The translations under genes and the position numbers were made by a program. From assembly GCA_016748015.1 (NCBI GenBank), contig JAAOMT010000439.1, forward strand, positions 207,527 through 271,526: a DNA stretch of 64,000 nucleotides. The letters run 5' to 3'. This DNA comes from Geosiphon pyriformis uo1. Its lineage: Eukaryota; Fungi; Glomeromycota. Under the pieces are notes generated by a model that was given only the letters and a program-made list of their open reading frames with translations, was not told the DNA's origin and ran no database searches. How positions within the stretch are numbered: the stretch's first letter is position 1; every line of letters begins with the position of its first letter. Shown here piece after piece: positions 12,873 through 24,400 of this stretch.

Positions 12873-13280
12873 CTATTCTTTTGTGCCGTCTTGACTTTTA
12901 AGACCCAAGCTCTTTGCCTCTTCACGCAGTACATACAGTTGACCAAGTTGTTGTTCAGAAAATTTATCCAAAGTATCATTGTCAAACTTTTTTCCGGTTA
13001 CGATTATTTCACCAGTCTCGTTTCTTTTCAAGGGAGCTTCTTGTATCTGTTTCTGCAAAGTTTCGAGATAGAGCTGCCATTGGCCAAGAAATCCGACAAT
13101 TTGAATGGGATTTTCGATGTCCCTGTGAAGACGGAATTCTGATTTTACATAATCGTTGCCTAGGACTCGAAGTGCCGGAGGTAGAATGCGGTGTGTGCGT
13201 AGAATATGACGGTAAAGTGTTAGCGGTGGAAGCAGCTTTTTGTTAGGATTCAAAAGGGGTTTTGTCGCTGATATGTTCAT
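12873..13280 (-). CDS. SDH7: Succinate dehydrogenase assembly factor 3 (Sdh7/Acn9, LYR family)
   Basis: LLPPLTLYRHILRTHRILPPALRVLGNDYVKSEFRLHRDIENPIQIVGFLGQWQLY..FSEQQLGQLYVL is the SDHAF3 signature. Confidence 0.93.
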   Translation of the reverse strand: MNISATKPLLNPNKKLLPPLTLYRHILRTHRILPPALRVLGNDYVKSEFRLHRDIENPIQIVGFLGQWQLYLETLQKQIQEAPLKRNETGEIIVTGKKFDNDTLDKFSEQQLGQLYVLREEAKSLGLKSQDGTKE

Positions 13281-13809
13281 GTATTTGGGGAGCAGGGTTT
13301 ATTGATTTTCTTTTCTAAAAAATAATCCTCTGCATTTGGCTTTTTATAATTTGATTATATAAACCATTTTTATAATATATTATTTACAAACTTATAAATA
13401 AATCAATTTTTTATTTAAATTGGCAAAATTAAATTAATAAATTAATAACTTTATTATTAGTAATTATAAAATGTTTTAAACTTTAAATTACATAATGCAG
13501 AATTTTTTTATCAATATTTATTGTAATAATCCAAAATATTTAACAATAATTTTAACTAATAAGTATTCAAAACAGCTTGGCTATTTAAAAACAGATTATT
13601 ATTATTATTAATTAAAATTATATTTAAAATTAAAGTAATTGTTTAAATTTTTATTATAATAAACAATAATAAACCAGTAATTTTAATATTTAAACCAAAA
13701 TTCAAGTTATAAAAATAAGCTGTAATATTATTTAAATTTCATATTTTTAATAATTTATTAATATAAATAAAAATATGTAATAAATTAATAATAAATATTT
13801 TTATTTTTT

Positions 13810-16086
13810 ATTTTTTTATTTGCTTAATGAATGCAGCCCAAAAACAATCTAGTACTATACATTAAAAAAATGATCTAAACTAAATATTAATCATGCACTT
13901 TCTACACATGACTAGTCACTCAGACCAATCAAGAACACACTATGCTGATGCTACAGAAAAAAACTTGCACAAAGACAATATCTTTTGAATGACAGAGAAC
14001 AAAGTTGCACTGCAAGAAACCAAACCAACCAGCCACTTGGCAGTTTTAAAGAGATCAGTTTTAATAACAACAGACTTATGCTCCCAAAGAGACATTAGAT
14101 TGGAAAACACTTCATCACTCACAACAGGTAGAAGCTCTGAATTACCAGACATATCAATGTCTTCCATGTAGCATTCCTTTTTTAAAGAAACCACTTCCCT
14201 CCCCAACTTACCAACAGTTTTACTAAAGGAACCCATATGTACCAAAACCTCATTGATTTTAAGACTAAGAGCACTACTTGAAACCAAATCATTATTAATA
14301 AACTGCTCAAAAGTTGCAACCAAAAAGCCAATAGGCTTAACAATAAACTTAATCAAAACAGAAAGCTTAGTTAAATCAGACTTCAAAAAAGACAATCGGG
14401 ACAGCACCAAAGGATTATTAACAGTAACAAGAGAAAAAACAAAAGGTAACAAAGGTGGAAATCCAGAAGAGTTCAAGGAAGCAGAAGCCTTAACATAAGA
14501 CTTAGGATCAACAAAGCATGATGTAAACATCTTGGGAAGCTTGAAAGGAGAAGGTGGAGAAATCTTACAGTCTGCAGCCAGATGATTCATCTCTTGATAC
14601 TTAAAACAATGCCAACAACCAGGAGTTTTCCATCAAATACAGCATTTTCTCAACATACCAGTTTTGACAATAGCAGAGTTCAAATCAGCTTGAGAACCAA
14701 ATATAACTAGAGCAAACCAAGAACAATGACCAGATTCAGGAGAATGAGGGATAAAACATGTCCAACCACCAACTTGAGAAATCATATCATTAATCTCAAA
14801 AGCTGTGCATCTAAAAAAAAGATTGACCAACTTGGCCTTAAACTTATCACAAGACAAAATAATCTTATTTTGATTTACCAGAGGGAGGATTCTAATATTA
14901 TCCTTGTTCACCAAGACAGACCAATGGTTCAAAGCAGACACAGCAGAGTTCAACTTTTCAAAATAAACCACCACATACTGCCAAATACCAACAAGCTTCA
15001 GCACAACATAAGTGACACTACCAAACACACTAAGAGCCATCTTAATATTGGCAACAGACATGCCCAAGGGCACATCATGCAGCGCAACAGCAGCAGAAAG
15101 AGAACCAGACTCAGAAATTACCAAAGACTTGGCAATTTTGAGAGTGGCCAAATATACAAAGCTTGTAAGCTCGACCAAAAATGCAGCTTCCAAAGACATT
15201 TGAGAAGCAAACTTCACACAAAACAGCTTCACATTGTCTTTTAACATTGACTTTGCACCCAAGAAACCATGTACTGACTGAAAAACAGTCTTAACATAAA
15301 CCAATTTGATCTTGAAAGTAGCACCAAGCACTAGAATGGAGGCCACCCATCCAGCAAATCTTTGATGATTAGTAATAGTTTCTCAAGCACCACCAAAAGT
15401 AGCACCAGAAACTAGAGGAGGAGATGATTCAGTTTCTATTTAATCAGCCCAGTTCTCAAGAACAGATGATCCAACAGGAGGAGATTGCTTTGCTTCCAAA
15501 ACTGGTAATGATCTGTTGGAAGACACCATATTTGGCAATACAGCTAATGGTTAATCTTGGCTCATCTTAGACAACATGTCAAATGATGCTACAGAGATCT
15601 CATCTAAGATCTCATTGGGAACCACAAAGAGATTTGGTGTAACAATAACAGAAACAAGCGACTGTTTCCACTTTTTTGAACTTTTGGTTTTTTTGACCAT
15701 TTTTTTTGAAGAGGTAGTGCTAATAGCACCAGATGTAAAAACTATGGAAGAGAAGACCAGCTTGTTAACTAGTTTATTATTAAACACTTTTGGGCTCTTA
15801 GTAAGGGTAGAGACAATACTGGGACTAACCCAAGTGTGTCTCTTTAAGGGAACTTTAACTGGTGAGAAACCAGCCAAAGATGAAAAAGTTGCTTCAGTGG
15901 CCACCAAAAGCAGTTTATCATGATTACTAAAAAAAAAAAAACTTCTAAAACATTTTATTTAGTTGCTTTTACAACAAAGAGAGCTCTTTTGATTGAAATC
16001 TTATTAGATATCTCAGAACAGATATCAGGTGCAGCTTTTTTACTCTTTGCTCTGGTCATGGTCATAAAATTAAGGAGACAAAGAGT
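13810..16086 (-). mobile_element. ORF1-only non-autonomous non-LTR element (HAL1-like), degenerate
   Basis: One broken ORF (ATG 16065 to TAG 13940) with two RRM-like domains and a CCHC-like knuckle, homologous in architecture to LINE ORF1 at 39.6-41.6 kb. It is followed directly by the same ~120-nt 3' UTR and A-tail as the LINEs ending at 33.8 and 32.8 kb. Confidence 0.75.
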
Positions 16087-19000
16087 TTTTTTTAAATATA
16101 TTTTTTAGCTAAAATTTAATATAAAAAAAACTTTTTTCTTTCTTATGTTCAAATTTTTCCAAAAAACATACTTTTAAAAAAGAAGTTTTTTTATTTTTTC
16201 TTGTTTTTTTTTAATATTTCTTAACTTAATAACTTTTTTGTTATGAATTTAGAAATTGCTTTAAATAATAATATGTTTAAAAAAAAATATCTAAAAGAGC
16301 TTTTTATAGTTCTGTTAGTGGTTCTTTTTTTCAATAAAAAAAGTAGTTCTTAGTAATATTAAATACTTTGAAGATAAAAAAAATATATTATTGGTCAAGT
16401 TTAATTCTGGTAGTGTATATTTAAATATGGACAGCAAATATAGTAATAGTAAAAACAGTAATATTATAAATAATATTAATGATAGATTTTTTCTGAATAT
16501 GGAAGAAAAGATCAAATTTTTTCTATCTTTTCTTAATATTTTCTTGAACAGAAAATAGATTGATCTTAAAATTGTTAAAACTTAAGTAAAAGTAGTAATT
16601 GAGAAATTTTTTTGTTTTAAACATTAATTTTTTGGTAATAAAAAACAAATCAGCAATGGCAAAAACTTAAGTAATCAAGAAAATTTTTTTAATAATTAAT
16701 GGTTTTAGAAAAACCATTATCTTTTCAGAATTTAAAAAGATTATTAGATCTATATTTATATCTAAAGAAAATATAAAAAAAACCATATTATTAATTAAGA
16801 AAAAAGGGATCAAAATAAACAGCAATCTTAAAAAACAAAAAATGCATTTAGATTGAGCTGTAATAATTAAAAATATTCTCATAAATATGTTAAAAAAATA
16901 ATTATTATTGTAGTATCTAAATATAACCAAATAATATCAATCCAATTATAATTAATTGGATTATAACAGAAAACTATGATAGAGTTTACTAAATCAAATT
17001 AAGCTAATTAATTGGTATCCAAATGGTTATTTCTGATTGAAAAAAATTTAATATGTATAATTAAGGCTATTGGAAATTGTAATACATAAATTTCAAAAAA
17101 TCAGTTCAAAATGCTTCTGTTTACTTTACTAATAAGAATAACTGCTTATAATTTTGGTGTTTTGTTAAAAAAAACTGGTAAAAAAATTTGTGTTATTAAT
17201 TGCTTACTTAAGATTGATAATAAAGTTTACTATATTGTGATTGACTTTGACTTAAAAAAAAACTTGAAATTAGTCTTTTATATAGAGCTTATCTTTAGTA
17301 ATATATGGTTTTTTTAGACTAAACTAGACTTAATTCATTGTGAAAAATATAAACATTTTGAACATTCTGTTTTAGAATATAATACACTAAATACATTTAT
17401 TTTTTAGTCTTTAAAAACATATAAAAAGTCTACTTTGGATATTAATTATCTCTAGTTGGCCAAATTATACACTAAAAAAAGTGTTTTTATTTTTTATTTT
17501 GTTGTTTTTAATAATAAATTATAAGTTCAAGTAGTTTTACTAACTTTTGTTTTCAATATTGTTTACTTTAGTTTTGATTTTAGTTCTTTTTTTTTTGGTG
17601 CTATATATTTTGATAAAAATTTTTTTTTATACAAAATGTTTTATTTATTAATGTTTATTTGGCATTTTTAAAACTTTTTTTGGAATTGTTAACTGATTAA
17701 ATATTTGATATTGTATATAGGCTAAGTAATGTGGACTTGGTATTATTGGCTTCTTTTTTTTTTTTTAAGTCTTGACAAATTCAATAGCTTTTAATTTAAA
17801 GTTGGATTCAAAAATAATTTTAAATAATTTGTAAGTATTATTTTTTTTTTCACTGATAATTAATGAGATTTTAGTATTAGATCTGAGTAGTTTTAAAGTT
17901 TTAACTACCAAAATAGGCAGTTTAAAGTCGAAATTAATGATTTTTAAAGTGTTTATTAGTTTGGTTCTGGCAAATTTAGATTATTTATATGTTAATTCAA
18001 GTTTTTTGATACATTTTTTTTTAATAAGCAAATTTGTTTGAAAAATAGCTATGTATAATATCAAAATATAAATAATTCTATTAAGTAAGAGGATATTATA
18101 TATTGATACAAAAAAATAAACAATTTGAATTTTATTGTTATTAAAATAAAATTAAAGAATAAAATATGTTTATAGATTGTTAACAAATTTGATAATGTTT
18201 AAATGTTTATTTTTAGTTTGAACTCTGATTATTTGGGTTCTAATATTACAGTTATTATGAAGTTTATGTTAACCAAACATATATGTGAAGTTTTTGAAAT
18301 TGTTGATTAGTTTTTGTTTATTAAGCTGCTTTTCAGAAATAAATATTTTGTTTTAATTTTGGAATTGTATGTTAATACTGTTTTAACAATATACTTGGCT
18401 TAAGCTAAAAAGATTAATTTTTTGATTGTAAAGACTATAAATAAATATTTTTTTATAATTATAGATAGTAATTTTAATGAAGATAGTTTTTATAAGTATA
18501 TTAGTTTCAAGAAATATCTTGATTTAAAACTAGTTAATTTTTTGGTGGAAAGCTTAATTGCCAAAATTTCAACATAAAAAAATTCTAGAAGTGCTAAAAA
18601 AACAATTGATTACATATTTTTTTCTTTAAATCTGATTAATATAGTGGTAAATTGTAAGATTTGAAATATTAGTAAACACTTTAATACTAATTATTAGGCT
18701 GTTTTTGTTTTAATAAATTTAGATAATTTGTTAAATATATATTTGAATTTTTATTATAAACAAATAATTCAAAATTGTTAAAAGTTTAATTTTAAGAATG
18801 TTAATAATATCAAATAACCCAGATTTAAAAAAGTTATAATAACTAATATTGCTATGTTTTCTAATGAGTTTGTTACATTAAAAAAAATTTAAATTTTAAT
18901 ATAATATAAAATATTATTTATAAAATAGTAAATCTGTTAGTTAATAAAATATTTAAGAAAAAATAATTCAAGAATTTTGATAAAGACATCAAAAAAATTT

Positions 19001-20581
19001 TTAGGTTTTATAAGTTAGAAATTTTGGTGTCTAAAATTGTCAAGTTTTTATATATGAGGTTTAGTAATAAGTTTGTTTTTTTAATAAGTTGTTAAAAGTT
19101 TTTAAACAGTAATAAAGCTTTAAATATTTAGATTTTATTAAACTCTAATGCTAATTTTGATAATATAAGATCATTTTTATTTGGTATAAGAAAATTTTAT
19201 TATATTTCTAAGTTTTTAAGTTACTAAAAACTAAAAATTAAGTATTAAAACTGCTATTGACAAATAAATAAAAAATTTTATTGTTAATAAAGATTATATA
19301 ATTAAAAGTATATTGAAGTGTCTATTTCAAAAAGTGATTTTGAATTACTTGGTTGTTAATGATAATTTGGTTTTGAATTCTAATAAATTTAAATTTAAAA
19401 TTAATGTAATAATAAAAGATTAAATAAAAAAAAGATTGGTATTGAACAATATTTCTAACTTGTAGTATTATTAGTATTTGTTTCTGGTTTATGTTAATAA
19501 TGATGTTTTTTTTAATGTTATAAGTATTATTACATATAATAACATATTACAAGTAGTTGGAAAATTACTTAATAGAAAAATTTCTAGTTTGTTAAGTATT
19601 ACTAATAAGCTTTGAAAGCACTATAATGTTTTTGTTCTTAAAATATTTTTGAATTTTTTGAATTTTTGTTTGGTATATAAATCTATATTTTAGTCTTAGA
19701 AAAAAGCTTAAGTGTCTATAATTCTTAAGTTTTATAAATAAAAGGGTGTTTTAACTAATATTAAGCCAATTGCTTTAATAGAAACTATTCAAAAAATTCT
19801 TTTCAAGATATTATTTAACAGAATTTTATTAGTTTATAGCAGATTTGATGTTCTTTATAATAACAATTTTTCTGTATTAAAAAGCACTACTATTTAGTTT
19901 TATATTTTTGTGATGAGCTCAATAATAAAAAATATATTAGAAAAGAATTATAAGCTTTGGTTAATCTTGTAAGATATGCAAAAAGCCTATAATTTTGTTA
20001 ACTAGTATTATTTAAAAAATGGTTTAGTTTAAATAAAAATGTGTAATTAGTTTATTAGATTCTTTAGTAGTATCTACAATAATAAGATTAATTGGATTAT
20101 GCCAGATTTTGGGCTTACTAATAAGTACTAAGTACATAATAATCTGAACTAAAATAAGATTTTCTTTTTTTTATTTTAGAAAATTTTTTATAATCTTCTT
20201 TTATACAAAATTAATAAGCATAAAAGTATATATGATTATTAGATTAATATTAAATTTGTTGTTAAAATTAACAAGATTAAAAACTGAGCTAAATTAACTT
20301 TTTACCTGGTAGTTGGTGCTTTTATTGATAACACAATTTAAGTAGAGAATAATTAAGCTGCTATTCAGTATATTTTTAACATTTTAATTAACAATAAAAA
20401 AACAGTGGCCATTTTTATTAATCAGAAAATTAAGAATGCTTTATTGTTAATAAGTGGCCAATTTTTATTGTATGGAAAAAGAAGTCTTATAAGTACTTGA
20501 ATATTTTTCTGTCTTTTAAGAGTTTATTTAAACTTAGTTTAATAAAAGTCTATTTGAATATTAGATTTTTTGCTAATATGG

Positions 20582-21392
20582 TGTTACTTATAAAAAGGAA
20601 AACAGATATAAAAAAAATAGTAGGCCAATAAAAAAGTAGTAGTTAGTACGTGAGCACATTGCTTAGCAATGTGAAGCAATATCAAGAAAATATGGCATAT
20701 TGCTAAGTAATATGAGCATTGCTTAAGAAATTATAGCACATTACTTAAGAATGTGAGTGATTTCATAGAACCCAAATTATGTATATATAGTGGTAGCATT
20801 AAAAGTAGAAAAGACAGACCTTTCAGTTTAAATTTCATCTAAACAATCTTCCAATTCACAAATATCAATAAATAATTATTCACTATTTCAATCTACTCTC
20901 CACTATTAACACTTCATGTTGATAGCAATTAATACTTAACCACACTGGAACAATAGCTCTTGATCATAGCTATTAACAGAATACTAACTTGCAATTGCAT
21001 TGGCTCATCTTTTTTTATTTTCTATTATTTTCTTTATTTTTTTTTTCTTTGATTTTATTGTTGTGTACTAAATTGATTAAAAGAATTAAGCGCTAAGATA
21101 CAGACATCATAGGGACTGGTAAAAGACCCATGAAACAAAGGTAGAACACTCATAGATTTAAGGATAGCTTACCAGGAGGATTACTGGTTACCACACTGAG
21201 AAAAAAATTTGACGGAATTGCAATTCCAGAAAGCTACTAAAACAATTGTTAAATCTCTGTCCATTATACAAAGGACTCTACAACAAACTTTTAGATCAGT
21301 AAAACCTTCAGATAACAATTCCAGAATACCAACCAAGCACCAAGTTACAGATTTGTTATTTGATTTGAGACCCTAAATAATTATCTGTAACA
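20582..21392 (+). repeat. 5' LTR (811 nt)
   Basis: TGTTAC...GTAACA termini; direct repeat of 29750-30629. Confidence 0.95.
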
Positions 21393-21394
21393 TT

Positions 21395-21411
21395 TGGTGC
21401 TCCCTGTGAGG
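21395..21411 (+). promoter_or_regulatory. Primer binding site TGGTGCTCCCTGTGAGG
   Basis: Begins 2 nt after the 5' LTR with TGG (complement of tRNA CCA). Confidence 0.85.
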
Positions 21412-21454
21412 TATAATCCTACAGAGAACCAGCACCAACAGCAATCATCTAAAA

Positions 21455-24400
21455 ATGACAGAATCCGAAAACATAAGAACAAACCATTTAAGATTTGCCA
21501 AATCCTTGTTTCAACAGTACAGTCAACAATTAAAACTAAACAATAACCACTTTCCAGCAGAATTTGTCTTTAACTTTTATGTCAATGATAAAATCACAGA
21601 CTGCTTAGGAGAAACAGTTAACATTGAATCCACAAGGGAAAATTTCTATACAGAATTATTTCAACATATCAGCTTACCAAGAAACTACAGTTTTGCACCA
21701 ATCATTAGAGAAATCAATCAAACCATTGAAAGATATACACAACAACAATTCCCCATCACTTATGCAGACAAAGGCAAAGGAAGACTGCAAACACCAGCAG
21801 TGATGCCAAAACAAATACAACCACTTACTTGGAAGAAAACCCAAGTTGAATCACCAACAAACCTGTCATACCACTATATACTCAAAAGTGCCATCAACAT
21901 CTCATCAACAGGCACATCTACATTATATGTGACATTAATATTTGGATGACTACCATTTTAAAGTAAACAAAAGAAAGCAGAATTATTAGGAACTTATAAC
22001 AATTATTTTGAAGAATTTAAATTGCAATTGCCAACACCATTAGGATTTCAATTACTACCACCTTAACTAGATTTTGGAAATGCAAGTCCCTGAGAGATAA
22101 TGGAATCTGAAAAAAAAGAAGAATCTGAAGAATCTGAAGATCAAGAATTTACTTACCAGAACCCAATCACTGGAAACCCAGAAATTGAAACTCCAAATTT
22201 TCAAATGCAGCACAATTAAGACAATCAAAACCCCAAAACAATTAATCAGCAAAACTTACCTTCAGTAATTGTCATTAATCAACCACCAATTAAACCAATT
22301 ATTAAACCGATTCAACAACAGCCACTTTAACCACCCCAACAACCACAACAGCCACTTTCACCACCACAACAACAACAACTTCAACAACCATTACAACAAC
22401 AAATTGTAGTGCCAATGGCATATACTCCTATTGCCAAACTCGAAAAATTCACCAGCAAAGAGGACAACACCCAAGTGTGGCTAAATGATGTAGAAAAAGC
22501 CATTGCAGCCAATAAATAGAATGATGTCAGAGCCATGCAGGCCATTTCTTATTTTCTCTAGAATATCACCAATTCATGATATCAAAGCTTGGCTAACAAA
22601 CCTCAGGATTTCAATGCATTCAAGCTTGCATTTCTACAATACTTCAGCAATAATAATAGTATTAATTGGCTAGCAAACACTTTCACCACTATCAAACAAG
22701 GAGAAAATGAAGCAGTCACTATTTACCTAGGATGCTTCCATAAGAATCTGTGCCAAATTCAAGCAATCCAGAATGACTATTTTATAGCACCACAAATCCT
22801 AAACCAATTTATTAGAGGTCTGTGCAGTAGCATCCTTCAACGCATATGTTCAATACATCCAGCAGATCTTCAAGCTGTAGTTACCAATGCCAGAGATTTT
22901 GAAACAGCTAAACTCAAAGCTAACTATGTCCAAGCCATAAATCTAGTGATGAATGGATCATCTGAATTGAATTTCAAATTGAAACAATTCAGTAATTCTA
23001 TTAATCAGAAGTTTGAGGAGTACTTAGCTGACAATTGCACAATTTATTAGCCACCCCAATGACACAATAATTTAGGAATCACAAGTTGCCCACAAAATCA
23101 GTCATGTCTCTTATTGTTATCCAATCAGCCATGACAGCAAGAGATGTGTATCTGCCACTACTGTGGTAAACAAGAACATTTGAGAATCAAGTATTGGTTA
23201 AGAATAGAAAACCAATGATTGAGAGATCAATATCAAAACTCCGATTGCAGATTTTCAACTCTGAGATATCAATCAAATGCAAAAATATATCAACCAAATT
23301 ACATACCTATGATGCAGCCACAAATTTATCAACCGCCAATTTATCAGCCAATAGCACCCATCATTTATCACCCACAGCCCCAACTTATTTATTAGCCACA
23401 GTCTCAAGTAATCTATCAGCCCCAACAAATTCAAACACTGCCACAGAACTTACCTCAAAATGGAACTCAAAGGCCAAGACTGATACAGCAAAGCTGGAGA
23501 TTGTTAATAGTAGTTCATCAACCAATCTCCAAGTCCACAGCACAACCATCAGGATCTTGACAACAGAATTCAGACACCAGAAACCCTCAAAACAAAAATG
23601 CTCAACACTATTTAAGCCTTTTGGTTACTCCAGAAGACGCCTTACCCAACAACCAGGAACTCAACCAACACAAACCACTTACCAACAATATATCTTCAAC
23701 TACCATAACCTATAACGAATCACTAGACACAATTTTTCCATTTGAATTCAAGGAAACCACACCAGTTCTATTATTTAGTGAAACCACTCTGGACACCAAA
23801 CTAATTACCGCCATGTACACTGATACAAAAATTGATGGTCATGCCATTAAACTAATACTAAACAGTAGATCAGCTGGTAGCATCATCACAAGACAACTTA
23901 TGGACCAATTAGGTCACTGAGTTGATCACACTGCCAGTGCCAGGATTATAACCACCAATAAAGCAACCAAAACTCTTATTGGTAAGATTAATGACTTCTT
24001 CATTGAAGTCAATGGCATAATTGTACCAATCAAGGTACTAGTTATGGAAGCCACCTAATACCAAGTACTTATTAGTAACAATTGACTGTTCAAGGTTAAT
24101 GTGATGCTTGATTGAAGCACGCAAGAGCTTCAACTTAGCCAGAACGGATGACATACACATATACCTGCCATGTGTGGACACTTCAAGCCCACCACTATGC
24201 CACCAGTTCCACTTATCAAATTCGAGAAAGAAGAAAAAAAACCTATCTGAGAAGCCTACCAAGTTTCCTGGGCTAACACAGAACACAACAAGCTGCTGCC
24301 AGTACTTTTGTGGAACAACAACAGTAAAGGAAAGCAGAAAAAAGAACTTATCTGGAGCACTGACCAAGACTGGGAAACTAACCACAATTCAGAAGAACCA

